Origin: Candidatus Helarchaeota archaeon
GTDB taxonomy: Archaea; Asgardarchaeota; Lokiarchaeia; Helarchaeales; RDOG01
NCBI GenBank assembly: GCA_019058315.1
Contig: JAHPZH010000001.1
Span: forward strand, 1,169,432 to 1,233,431
Direction of reading: 5' to 3'
Length of the DNA stretch: 64,000 bases
Shown: in pieces, positions 1-9,718 of the stretch
Layout of the letters: each line of letters begins with the position of its first letter
Numbering within the stretch: the stretch's first letter is position 1
Translations under genes and position numbers: made by a program
The notes under the pieces: model-generated
Told to the model about the DNA's origin: nothing
Database searches by the model: none
Seen by the model: only the letters and a program-made list of their open reading frames with translations

Positions 1-327
1 TATCACGATCCTTGCCACATTGGACGGCATATGGGAGTCTACGAACCGCCAAGAGAGATATTAAAGAAAATTCCTGGAATAGAACTGGTCGAAATGGGTC
101 GGAATAAACAAAATGCATGGTGTTGTGGTTCGGGCGCTGGTGTGAGATCCGGATTTAAGGAATTATCGGGTTTTGCTGCTGAAGAGAGAATTGATGAAGC
201 TAAAGGAACAAAAGCTGAAGCATTAGTATCCTGTTGCCCTTTCTGTTTAAATCAATTTAAAAATAATATTAAAAATAATGAAATAAAAGCTTTTGATATT
301 GCCGAATTGATAAAACAAGCAATTTGA
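1..327 (+). CDS. C-terminal part of a CCG-domain Fe-S oxidoreductase (HdrD/GlpC-like), 5'-truncated by the window edge
   Basis: Frame is open from base 1: YHDPCHIGRH...WCCGSG...SCCPFC are CCG-domain motifs. Confidence 0.85.
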   Translation, partial: YHDPCHIGRHMGVYEPPREILKKIPGIELVEMGRNKQNAWCCGSGAGVRSGFKELSGFAAEERIDEAKGTKAEALVSCCPFCLNQFKNNIKNNEIKAFDIAELIKQAI

Positions 328-444
328 TAAAAAGGTTCCACTAACTCTTTTTTTTTTGGTTTTAAATCCTATTATATTATGGAAATGATTTTTTGAGAAA
401 TAATTTTTATAACTGTTTTTGATTTTTATATTAGAATTATTCAA

Positions 445-711
445 ATGATAAATTCTTTAAAAATAGGTAGAACCCTAATTTTCTATAATTTTACAGGAGA
501 AAGATATGTTTTGACACCAGAATTTAAAGTACTTACGTATATTCATCCAGTAAAAAAGTCAAAAAAAGATTTTCATCCAATTGAATTTGAAGAAATGGTC
601 AATGAACATCTCAAAGAAGGTTGGAAAGTAATAAATTGCGACAGTATATTTTTGGCTGGTGTAAGTCCACAAAATGGAATACATTATTGGGCTTATTTAA
701 TAAAAGAATAA
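445..711 (+). CDS. small hypothetical protein (DUF4177/DUF1737-like); true start possibly TTG 511
   Basis: FEEMVNEHLKEGWKVI resembles the 'lN.l..eGW.v' signature. Confidence 0.5.
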   Translation: MINSLKIGRTLIFYNFTGERYVLTPEFKVLTYIHPVKKSKKDFHPIEFEEMVNEHLKEGWKVINCDSIFLAGVSPQNGIHYWAYLIKE

Positions 712-714
712 AAT

Positions 715-1059
715 TCATTCAATTTTTATTTTTTTTAAATTCATTTTATCAATTAAAGTTCCTATATCTGGAAAAGTCCCATAGTGTATAATTTTATTAT
801 TATAGATAAAAACAGGAAAAGATTTGATTCCCTCAGTTTTTAATAAATTTTTAACTGTCTCATCCTTTAAAAAACTAACACTTCTTAAAAGGACCCTTTC
901 AACATCTAATTTTAATTTATTTTTTAAATCTTTAACAACTCTGCTTCTTCTAATAAGCTCATTTCGTAGTGAATTAACAGAACGTTGACCTGGAATTGGA
1001 GCGGGAAAACCGCAAGTACCACCAGTTGGATCTAGTTCATAAATATATAATTTTAACAT
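715..1059 (-). CDS. ArsD-like (thioredoxin-fold metallochaperone-like) protein
   Basis: N-terminal LYIYE..PTGGTCG and C-terminal LLKTEGIKSFPVFIYNNKIIHYGTFP resemble ArsD; the Cys-Cys pair is absent. Confidence 0.55.
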   Translation of the reverse strand: MLKLYIYELDPTGGTCGFPAPIPGQRSVNSLRNELIRRSRVVKDLKNKLKLDVERVLLRSVSFLKDETVKNLLKTEGIKSFPVFIYNNKIIHYGTFPDIGTLIDKMNLKKIKIE

Positions 1060-1224
1060 AAGATTTCTCAGATTATTAATTTATTCGATTGATAATAAGC
1101 ATAAATATACTTTATTTTAAATACATAAAATTAAAAAATTTTTTTTAGTTTACGTTTTATAGTCACTTTTAATCCATTTTTTGAGAACAGATAGGTAATT
1201 AATTTTATAAAATAAGGAAATAAA

Positions 1225-1512
1225 ATGTTTAAAACAGAAGAATTCAAAAAGATAATGAAGAAGTATTCCATTAATGTAGGGGAAGTAATTAAGGATCTAT
1301 TATTAAAGAATTTACCTAAAGAAGAATTACAAAAAGAGTTAATAAAAGTTAAGGAAAGAGTAGAAAGAATTAAGTTGGAGCAACAAGAATATATTAAAAG
1401 CCTTCAAGAAAAATGTCCACATAAGCATATAAAAGAGTCAGTTTACAATGATATTAAACATATATTTTGTAAAGATTGCTTAAAACAATTAAAAATCGAA
1501 AAAATTTCGTAA
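1225..1512 (+). CDS. hypothetical coiled-coil protein with C-terminal CPH...CxxC zinc site
   Basis: ORF with CPHKH and CKDC. Confidence 0.55.
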   Translation: MFKTEEFKKIMKKYSINVGEVIKDLLLKNLPKEELQKELIKVKERVERIKLEQQEYIKSLQEKCPHKHIKESVYNDIKHIFCKDCLKQLKIEKIS

Positions 1513-1551
1513 TCTCTGCAATACCGAAAAAAAATAAGGATTAATTAAGTT

Positions 1552-4029
1552 TTAAGGAGAAATCTTCAGAAATGGAGCAGTATTTGAAGACTTAATCTTT
1601 TTTATTTCTTCTGGTGTTCCTGAAGCAATAATTTTTCCACCTTCTGGTCCGCCTTTTAGACCAAGTTCGATAAGCCAATCGACATAGGATAAAACATCAG
1701 GATCATGTTCAATAATAATAACTGAATTGCCTTGATTCACTAATTCATCCAGCAATTCTATTAATTTAGCTATATCATGAAAATGAAGTCCAGTTGTAGG
1801 TTCATCCAATATGAATAAGTCATTACCCTTTCTAGCTTTCCCTAATTCTTTTGCTAGTTTTATCCTTTGAGCTTCACCACCACTCAATGTAGTAGCTGGT
1901 TGACCTAAAGTAATATAGCCCATACCAATTTTTTCCAATATTCCTAAAAATTTAGATATTTTCGCATCATCCTTAAATAATTTTAAAGCTTCACTAACTT
2001 CCAGATTTAAAATATCGTGAATATTATATCCATTATATTTCACATCTAGAATTTCAGGTTTATAACGTGTCCCATTACATTCTTCACAAGGAATTTCAAT
2101 ATCACTTAAAAAGAAAATTTGGAGATCAACAACTCCATATCCCTTACAGCTTGAACATCTTCCCTTATCACTGTTAAATGAAAAATGCCCTTCTGAAAAT
2201 TTTTTCTTCTTTGCCACTGCTGTTTTAGCAAAAATTTTTCTTATTCTATCCCATATCCCAATATAGCTTGCAGGAAAAGAATTTCTATTACGGCCGATGG
2301 GGGCTTGACTAACAACATGGCAATTAGACAAATTATTCCATCCAGTAATTTCAATATTTCCTAAATTCTCAGGAATATTATCGTTAACTTCATCTTCATC
2401 TTTAATTTTAAAATATTTTTTTATAACAGGAACTAATGTATCTGAAATAAGAGAACTCTTCCCTGACCCTGAGACACCGCAGACTCCAACCATTACACCT
2501 AGAGGTATTTCAACTTCAATATCTTTTAAATTATTTGTAGTTACATGTTTCATTTTCAATTTTTTAGTAGAACTAGCAACTTTGCGTTTTTTATTAGAAG
2601 TTTTTTGAGGTAATTTTAATAAACCAGCCAAATATTGACCTGTCATAGATTTTTTATTTTCTTTTAAGTTCTCTATAGTCCCTTGAAATACAATCTTTCC
2701 TCCTTCTTTGCCAGGTCCTGGACCCATATCAATAACTTCATCCGCAATAGAGATTAAATTTGAATCGTGTTCAACAATTATTACCGTATTTCTCAATTTT
2801 TTCAAATCTTTTAATATATTTGACAAATTTTCTTTTTCAATTTCATGCATTCCCATCGTAGGCTCGTCTAAAATGTAAATTAATGAACTTAAACCAGAAT
2901 CAAGATGTGCCATTAAGGATAATCTTTGAAGTTCCCCTCCAGATAATGTTGGAATAGGCCGATTTAGGGTAAGATATGATAATCCTACGAGTTTTAATTT
3001 ATTTAAATTCTTTTTTATTAATTTTATCAGTGCTCTTCCATGACTAGTTATAATGTGTTTATTATCTAAATTATCGATAAATTCGATTAATTGTTCAGCA
3101 TCCATTAAGTTTAATTGTCCAATATGTTTGTCAGCAATAGTTACTTCTCTAGCTTGTTGATTTATCCTATATCCATTACATTCGGGACATTTTATTTTAG
3201 TCATAAAATTTTCTTCTATTTTAGATCGCCTATATGCGCTTATACTTTTTTCCATCGCTCTCTTTAAATGAGGTATAATACCCTCATATTTAGTTTCTAT
3301 CAATCCTTCAAATCTTCGAGATTTCCATTTTAGTTGCATAGTTTTATCTGTTCCATAGAGGAAAATATCTTTAATGTTTTGAGGTAAATCTATATAGGGT
3401 GTGTTTATATCAAAATTGAGAGCTTCAGCTAGAGCTTTTGTAAAATTTTTCATGTCTCCAAAAGCTCCAGATCCAGCTTTACATATTTCAAGTAGATTTT
3501 TATTGGGGTCAGTGATTATTTTTTCCTCTAAGAAGTCCATAATAAATCCACGTCCTTTACATTCTAAACACATTCCAGAAGGCTCATTAAAACTAAAGTG
3601 TTTTATTTCTTTTCGGATTACCCTCATGCCACAATTTTCACAATCTAAATTCTTATTGACTGCAACTTTACAAATAGGACATAAAATTTTGCCTTCGGTA
3701 GCATAAAATCTGCGAAGATCTGTATAAATCGTAGTTTTAGTTCCTACTGTCGATCTTGGATTTGCTAAACGCACAGTTCGTTGTTCAATAGCTATTGTAG
3801 GTGATAAACCTAAAATGGAATCAAATGGTTTTTCATCTTGTACTTTTGGTGGAAATCCAATAGCTTCCAGATATCTAGCCCTACCCTCTTCAAATAATAC
3901 ATCAAAGGCTAAAGAGGATTTTCCAGAACCACTTACCCCTGTAATTGCAATAATTTGGTTTTTAGGTATGTTAACATCTAAATTCTTTAAATTATGAATT
4001 CTAGCACCAGTAATTTTAATTTCGTCCAT
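1552..4029 (-). CDS. uvrA: UvrA-family ABC ATPase (short UvrA2/DrrC-like class)
   Basis: GARIHNLKN, two GVSGSGKSSL Walker A motifs, two LSGGE signatures, LDEPT, zinc fingers; 825 aa. Confidence 0.9.
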   Translation of the reverse strand: MDEIKITGARIHNLKNLDVNIPKNQIIAITGVSGSGKSSLAFDVLFEEGRARYLEAIGFPPKVQDEKPFDSILGLSPTIAIEQRTVRLANPRSTVGTKTTIYTDLRRFYATEGKILCPICKVAVNKNLDCENCGMRVIRKEIKHFSFNEPSGMCLECKGRGFIMDFLEEKIITDPNKNLLEICKAGSGAFGDMKNFTKALAEALNFDINTPYIDLPQNIKDIFLYGTDKTMQLKWKSRRFEGLIETKYEGIIPHLKRAMEKSISAYRRSKIEENFMTKIKCPECNGYRINQQAREVTIADKHIGQLNLMDAEQLIEFIDNLDNKHIITSHGRALIKLIKKNLNKLKLVGLSYLTLNRPIPTLSGGELQRLSLMAHLDSGLSSLIYILDEPTMGMHEIEKENLSNILKDLKKLRNTVIIVEHDSNLISIADEVIDMGPGPGKEGGKIVFQGTIENLKENKKSMTGQYLAGLLKLPQKTSNKKRKVASSTKKLKMKHVTTNNLKDIEVEIPLGVMVGVCGVSGSGKSSLISDTLVPVIKKYFKIKDEDEVNDNIPENLGNIEITGWNNLSNCHVVSQAPIGRNRNSFPASYIGIWDRIRKIFAKTAVAKKKKFSEGHFSFNSDKGRCSSCKGYGVVDLQIFFLSDIEIPCEECNGTRYKPEILDVKYNGYNIHDILNLEVSEALKLFKDDAKISKFLGILEKIGMGYITLGQPATTLSGGEAQRIKLAKELGKARKGNDLFILDEPTTGLHFHDIAKLIELLDELVNQGNSVIIIEHDPDVLSYVDWLIELGLKGGPEGGKIIASGTPEEIKKIKSSNTAPFLKISP

Positions 4030-4038
4030 ATTAATCGC

Positions 4039-5172
4039 TCAAATTTTAATTTTATTTAAATTTTTGAATGCTTCCTCTTCCAGATGAATTATATCATTAG
4101 TAAGTTTTTCCAATTTATTAAAATTTATTAAATTTAGGCAATGATTTTTATCTTTATCCATGGTATTTTTAATTTCTTGAGCAAACACACTCCATAAATC
4201 TCCAGATTCTTTAATCATTTCAAATGATTCATTTAAAAGAGAAATTTCTTTATGATTCCAAGCATTAGGGCCATTTACAATTTCCTCATGATCAGATAAT
4301 TCTTTCAAAAATTTAGAATATAGTTTTCTGAAAAGACCTCCACCAGTACCATATTCTTCAATAAAACCATAAAGATTTTCAAGAGTAATAAAAGCTTTAG
4401 ACACAGGTTTACCAGAATAAATAATCTTATCTTTTAAGACATCTTGCCATTTCGTAATGGATTTAGCAAATAGCTTCATTCCCATTAAACCCTGGTTATT
4501 AACAGAAGCTGCCCTTAAATGGTTTGAAACTTGTTGTAGTGCTAGCTTTACTGCCACTGGAAAGGGTGGTTTCTTTCCATCAACTCTTTTTCTAATTATA
4601 AATTGTGTATTGTTTGGTTGCATGTATTTTGAACCGAATTTAGAATTTCTTGCTTTTTTTAGTTCTTCTAAAGGAACTTCGAGTATTTCTTTGAAATTAT
4701 TGTCAAAAATGTATGCGAGATTTTTTTCTTCATTGTACCCACATAATATTACGGAATGCATTCCAAAATGGAATTCATCTTCCCAATTAAAATATGCAAG
4801 AAGTCCCATATCCACTAATATAATGAGCGGAATATCTTGATTTAGTAAATTCTTTGAGGATTTCCATGCCTCATCTGGTGATTTGAATGTTTCTTTTTTA
4901 ATGCTCAGACCTAAAATTCTGCATGCTAAGCTATTTTCAGTTATCGTTCCTTGTTTACCTCCGACAAAAAATGGTAAATTCATATTAAATGTTGCATCTG
5001 GATTTAATCGTTTTGTATTATCAACAAAAATAAATCCCATTGTTGCATCTAGACCAAATATCATGGGTTCGCTAATTGAAATTCCTGTATACTCAATAAC
5101 ATCTCTCATAGATGATGATTCACAATGTTCTCCAACTATATGGTTAAAATCTTCTATTATTTTTTTAACCAA
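4039..5172 (-). CDS. BtrH N-terminal / DUF4872 papain-like domain protein
   Basis: GEHCESS, SEPMIFGL, HFGMHSVILCGY, YIFDN, GTGGGLFRKLY motifs. Confidence 0.75.
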   Translation of the reverse strand: MVKKIIEDFNHIVGEHCESSSMRDVIEYTGISISEPMIFGLDATMGFIFVDNTKRLNPDATFNMNLPFFVGGKQGTITENSLACRILGLSIKKETFKSPDEAWKSSKNLLNQDIPLIILVDMGLLAYFNWEDEFHFGMHSVILCGYNEEKNLAYIFDNNFKEILEVPLEELKKARNSKFGSKYMQPNNTQFIIRKRVDGKKPPFPVAVKLALQQVSNHLRAASVNNQGLMGMKLFAKSITKWQDVLKDKIIYSGKPVSKAFITLENLYGFIEEYGTGGGLFRKLYSKFLKELSDHEEIVNGPNAWNHKEISLLNESFEMIKESGDLWSVFAQEIKNTMDKDKNHCLNLINFNKLEKLTNDIIHLEEEAFKNLNKIKI

Positions 5173-5174
5173 AT

Positions 5175-5768
5175 CTAATTCTCTCCTTTTTTTTCTAATT
5201 CTGCTAAAGCCAACTCGACAAATTTTAATTGTGCATCAATTAACATAATTGGTCTAATAAAAAGAGATTTTACATAAAAAGGTGGATTTGGTATTGGTAG
5301 AACTTTAAATCTTTCATTGATAAGCTTTTTATCTCTTTCTAATGACTTTAAACATTTTTTAAAGGCTTCAATTTGTTTTTTTTCATTCAATTGTGGAAGA
5401 TTTGATAATGCTAAGTCAAAATTTCTCCTAAAATCCCTTCCTTTGCTAATTGTATTGTATATAAATTCTCTTAAAACTTCTTTACCAGCATCAGTTATTT
5501 TATAAATTTTAAGGTTTCTGCCTTTTTTAATTTCATTTCTATGTTTAACAAGACCTTTTTCTTCTAATTTGATTAATATGCGATATATGCTTGACTTCCC
5601 AATATCTGTCCAATTTCTCATTTGTCTTTCTTCGATTATTTGATCAATTTCGTAAGGATGCCTATCTTTTTCGCCAACCAAGCCTAAAACAATTATATAA
5701 GCAGGATTTAACTCTTTTAAAATCTTGAACACCTTATCAATAATAATCTTATATGAGAGTATTCTCAA
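5175..5768 (-). CDS. PadR-family transcriptional regulator
   Basis: HPYEI...SIYRILIKLEEKGLV...KIYKITDAG winged-helix pattern. Confidence 0.85.
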   Translation of the reverse strand: MRILSYKIIIDKVFKILKELNPAYIIVLGLVGEKDRHPYEIDQIIEERQMRNWTDIGKSSIYRILIKLEEKGLVKHRNEIKKGRNLKIYKITDAGKEVLREFIYNTISKGRDFRRNFDLALSNLPQLNEKKQIEAFKKCLKSLERDKKLINERFKVLPIPNPPFYVKSLFIRPIMLIDAQLKFVELALAELEKKGEN

Positions 5769-5865
5769 TTAAGAATATTTAAACTTTTCTGAAAAGGATT
5801 TATATAAATAGCTTTATATTAATGTGACTATTTTATGCTAGTTTACTCCAGAAAAAAAGTAAATA

Positions 5866-6501
5866 TTACTCTTCTTGTTCTTTTGGATAAATATTAATAA
5901 CAATTTCCCCATACGGATCCCCTTTCATAAAGCACTTTGTTTCTTTTGCTTCAATTGTATAAGGATTACCAACATATTCTTGAATTAATTCAACGATTTC
6001 TCCAGATAAGATTGCTAGAAAGCCACCAAGGGTTTTATTCCCTAATTTTTCTTGATTAACGTGTCGTACTCCGGCGCAAATTGGACATTTTTTCATTCTA
6101 AGAACTAATTTTCCAACACCTTTAGAACCAATTGAGAATTCTGGTTCCTCAAAAAAATTTTTATAATCTTTTCCTAAAAGACCAAAAAATGTTGTTGACG
6201 CTAGAAAAGCAATGTCATTAATATCTTTCGATATAATCATTTTCATCGATTTTCCTAAAAAAATCGGTTTTTCCATTATCTCACCAAGCATATTTTTAGC
6301 TTCAGAGCGTACCATATTTTCAATTTCGTTTAATGCTTTTTCATAATCATTATTAAAGATTTCAGCATATGCTTTGATAATGTGATTTACCATAAGGTTG
6401 ACAATATAAAAATTGAGTTTCTCGGTCTTATGATAATAAATGCGTTTACCAATATCTGCTAGACGCCTTCTAAACCAGCTTAATTTTTCAACAGGTATTA
6501 T
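5866..6501 (-). CDS. V4R-like domain protein; first ATG at 6393, frame open to ATA 6501
   Basis: CPIC...ETKCFMKGDPYGE C-terminus typical of V4R; the frame extends 36 codons upstream of the ATG. Confidence 0.6.
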   Translation of the reverse strand: MIPVEKLSWFRRRLADIGKRIYYHKTEKLNFYIVNLMVNHIIKAYAEIFNNDYEKALNEIENMVRSEAKNMLGEIMEKPIFLGKSMKMIISKDINDIAFLASTTFFGLLGKDYKNFFEEPEFSIGSKGVGKLVLRMKKCPICAGVRHVNQEKLGNKTLGGFLAILSGEIVELIQEYVGNPYTIEAKETKCFMKGDPYGEIVINIYPKEQEE

Positions 6502-6514
6502 CTACACTTCCAGG

Positions 6515-7129
6515 TTATTCTAAAATTCGAAGACGATGTTCGCAATGGGCTGCTCCGCTTCCTCGGGAAAATACTGTAGTTACCTCCACTTTGTTATATT
6601 CTAAGTCTCTTTTTTCTGCTAAAAGATTGAGGTATGTTTCCAAAAATCCACCTATTGGACCACAATATTGAACATGTTCCTCGGTTTCAAACTGCAATTC
6701 ATAATCCATACAAAGACCACAAGATTTGTCGATTATTCTAAAATAATTTTCTCCTTCCTTTTGAACTTCAACTTTTCCCCATGCCAATTTAAATATCTCC
6801 TTAATAATTTTATCAAGTTTATTTTCTTTTGCTATCCAAACATTAAATAAATCCTTTCCAATGTTGTTTCCGATTATTCTAAGATATTGCATCGCACCTT
6901 TTACGCCAAATCCTTTTTCAAAAAAACTTATAACACCCGGATAAACCATTGTTATTAGGACATTGCCCATCTTCATCTTTAACATTTCTCCAGGAGTTCC
7001 CCTCCTAAGAAGATTTAGGCTCTTATCCATTAAAACGCCTCCAAACTTCTCCAAGCTTACTCCCAAGAGTATATCGCCTAATAAAACAAAACAAAAACAT
7101 ACTAACCTTCCCAAATAGAATAGTTTCAA
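6515..7129 (-). CDS. V4R-like domain protein (true start probably internal, MDKSL)
   Basis: GNNIG, CGLC, YCGPIGGFLE, SRGSGAAHCE pattern. Confidence 0.6.
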   Translation of the reverse strand: MKLFYLGRLVCFCFVLLGDILLGVSLEKFGGVLMDKSLNLLRRGTPGEMLKMKMGNVLITMVYPGVISFFEKGFGVKGAMQYLRIIGNNIGKDLFNVWIAKENKLDKIIKEIFKLAWGKVEVQKEGENYFRIIDKSCGLCMDYELQFETEEHVQYCGPIGGFLETYLNLLAEKRDLEYNKVEVTTVFSRGSGAAHCEHRLRILE

Positions 7130-7288
7130 TATTTTTGTTATAATTACTTAAATTAATTATATAAATAATTATTTTAGCCTAGTTAATAATTTTTAAAAAG
7201 TAGAATATTTAATTTCTTTTTAAAAGCCAAAAATTATTTAAATATTTAAAAAAAAAGTAATCCTACCCTTTTAGTGGGGTTGAAAAAA

Positions 7289-7624
7289 ATGGGAGATAAC
7301 GCAAGACTATTTTCATTATTGAGCTTTATATCTGGACTTATCGGAATATTTTTTATTGGTATTCTTGCTGGAATAACGGCAATAGTATTCGCGTCAATAG
7401 CTTTCGAAATGTATGACGATGAAAGTCATGAAGCAAAAGCAGGGCTTGTGCTTGGTTTAGTCGATATTTGTATAATGGGATTGATAATAATCGGAGTTAT
7501 ATTATCCAGTGCAAGATCAGGTGTTTTTTATACTCCTGTAATGGGATTTCTTTTTCTCTTTGGTCCTTATGGATTTATGGCAATGGCTACTGGTGGTATA
7601 CCTATACCCTTTATGTACTATTAA
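7289..7624 (+). CDS. DUF4190-like small membrane protein
   Basis: SFISGLIG...AGITAIVFA...AKAGLVLG hydrophobic pattern. Confidence 0.55.
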   Translation: MGDNARLFSLLSFISGLIGIFFIGILAGITAIVFASIAFEMYDDESHEAKAGLVLGLVDICIMGLIIIGVILSSARSGVFYTPVMGFLFLFGPYGFMAMATGGIPIPFMYY

Positions 7625-7647
7625 ATCTAAAATATGGAGAGATATTT

Positions 7648-8067
7648 ATGTTTGGAGAGAGAAGATTTGCGATAGGTAGTATAATATGTGGTGTAATAGG
7701 ATTATTTTATTGTGGTCTAATACTAGGCTGTCTCGCACTTACTTTTGCAGCAATCTCAATTTTCAAAGATTACAGGGGAGATGAAGCAACTTCTGGATTA
7801 GCACTCGGAATTATCTGTGTGTGTGCATCACTTGTTCAAATTATGGGGCTTAATTATGCCTTCCAACAATCTAAAGCCTATATACTGTATTCATTAGTAA
7901 TGACTGATTACTTTCTTGGAGGAAGTATGGCTAGTTTTGATGTAATACAATACTTTGTAATATTATCAGAAATGACTTCTGCACATATAAGAGCTATATC
8001 GGTAGCTGGTGGTCTAGGTGGTCCTATTCCTTTCTATTGGTTCTATTGGGCAGTATATTATGCCTAA
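7648..8067 (+). CDS. DUF4190-like membrane protein, tandem paralog of the previous gene
   Basis: SIICGVIG...LGCLALTFA...ATSGLALG; shares the C-terminal GG.P.PF motif; ATG 7648 follows GGAGAG. Confidence 0.55.
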   Translation: MFGERRFAIGSIICGVIGLFYCGLILGCLALTFAAISIFKDYRGDEATSGLALGIICVCASLVQIMGLNYAFQQSKAYILYSLVMTDYFLGGSMASFDVIQYFVILSEMTSAHIRAISVAGGLGGPIPFYWFYWAVYYA

Positions 8068-8269
8068 CCTTATTTTTTTTTTAATAATATTAAGATTTTT
8101 CTTTAATATTGGATTTAAAAAGAAAAATTATATAATTTGACTTAAATTTAGTTATATCATTCAAAAGTTATATTGGAGAAGAAAATAAAAAAAATAAATA
8201 TTATTTTATTTACCTAGAGTCAAATTAAAATAAGATACATGTTTTATTAATTATATTTTGTGAGAAATT

Positions 8270-9379
8270 TTGACAGTAGGAATTATCAAATCTACAGAAG
8301 AAGAAATACCGAATAAACTGATTAAATTATTAGAATTGATAAAATATAAACCCTCTAAAGATCAAATATTTTTAAAACCTAATATTGTAGATTCGGCAAA
8401 ACCAAACTCAGGGGTCAATGTTCATCCACTTGTTGTTGAGACACTCTATAATTATTTTCAAGATCAAGGATATAAAGTAATAATTGGAGAAGGACCTTTA
8501 AATGTAACCGCAAAAGGAATTAAATCAATATTACGTGGTGCAGGTTATAAAAAATTACATAAAGAAATTGGTATAGTAAATTTAAATGATGAGACTACTG
8601 AGAGAGTTGAAAAAGATTGGAAATACGGCAAATTACGTCTACCAAAATTAGCATTTACTCATGAATATATCGATATCGCATGCATGAAAACACATTGGAT
8701 AACAACAGTAACACTGGGGCTAAAAAATCAAAAAGGGCTACTCCTTGCAAAAGATAAAAAGTTATTCCATAAAAAAGGACTTCATGAGCCTATTTTAGAA
8801 TTAAATAAGATTTGTACTCCAGACTTAACAATAGTGGATGGAATATATTGTGTTGAAGGAACAGGACCTACTGTAATAGGCGGAGGAAAAACAAAGAAAA
8901 TGGATTTATTAGTTGCTGGAAAAGATATTCTTGAAGTAGATAATGTTTGTTGTAATATTATGGGATTTGATGTCGAAAAGATCAAGCATATTCCAAAAGT
9001 TAGCTTTGATACTGTTGGAGTGCCGATATCTGAGATAAAGACCGAATTTAAACCCCCTAAAAGTTATTTAGATGCCCCAATAGGAAAAACATTAATTCGA
9101 CTTTATGTTCATGATTCAAGCTGTACGCCAATGGGAGATATAATGATTCAAGCATTTGGTAAATTAACTATGAATCAAGAATTAATGCAAAAAATTCATA
9201 AATTTGAAAGAATAGATATTTCAACAGGGGGAGCCGAATTCCCTGATGATAAGGCAGATGTAAAAATTTGCGTTGGAGAATGCTCAAGATCTATTGCAAA
9301 AAAATATGATTTGATTCATGTAAAAGGTTGTCCAATTGATCCTGATGATTTTGTAAAAGTGTTAAATGAAAATCTGTAG
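8270..9379 (+). CDS. DUF362 Fe-S domain protein
   Basis: IFLKPN, MKTH, TLGLKNQKG, DGIYCVEGTGP, KGCP motifs. Confidence 0.8.
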   Translation: MTVGIIKSTEEEIPNKLIKLLELIKYKPSKDQIFLKPNIVDSAKPNSGVNVHPLVVETLYNYFQDQGYKVIIGEGPLNVTAKGIKSILRGAGYKKLHKEIGIVNLNDETTERVEKDWKYGKLRLPKLAFTHEYIDIACMKTHWITTVTLGLKNQKGLLLAKDKKLFHKKGLHEPILELNKICTPDLTIVDGIYCVEGTGPTVIGGGKTKKMDLLVAGKDILEVDNVCCNIMGFDVEKIKHIPKVSFDTVGVPISEIKTEFKPPKSYLDAPIGKTLIRLYVHDSSCTPMGDIMIQAFGKLTMNQELMQKIHKFERIDISTGGAEFPDDKADVKICVGECSRSIAKKYDLIHVKGCPIDPDDFVKVLNENL

Positions 9380-9447
9380 AAGTCATAAAAATCATTAATA
9401 TTTCTTTTAAAATAAAAAATAGAAAAAAATAAAAAAGATTTAAGTTT

Positions 9448-9690
9448 TTAATCTTCGCTACTCACTGCAAAGAATCCAAGAATCCATAAGATAAGAAGAA
9501 TATCACGCAGAGGATCGTCTGAAGGTAGTTCTAAGATTATATATAAGATAAAAATGTCTATAAATGCACTTTCATTAATCTCAATACCAGCTCCACCACC
9601 GCTAGGACCAGGTAGGAAAATACCTAAAATAATTCCCACTGTAACCAGCCCAATTACCCCGATGATCACCATTTTTGCATAAACATTCAT
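9448..9690 (-). CDS. small membrane protein
   Basis: Hydrophobic segments; RBS-like AGGTGG upstream. Confidence 0.5.
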   Translation of the reverse strand: MNVYAKMVIIGVIGLVTVGIILGIFLPGPSGGGAGIEINESAFIDIFILYIILELPSDDPLRDILLILWILGFFAVSSED

Positions 9691-9718
9691 TCATTTACCA
9701 CCTTTCCAATATGATAAA

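Noticed and set aside
7468-7647. N-terminal 60 aa of the 199-aa ORF
   Set aside because: It overlaps the upstream paralog; homology and the RBS point to ATG 7648
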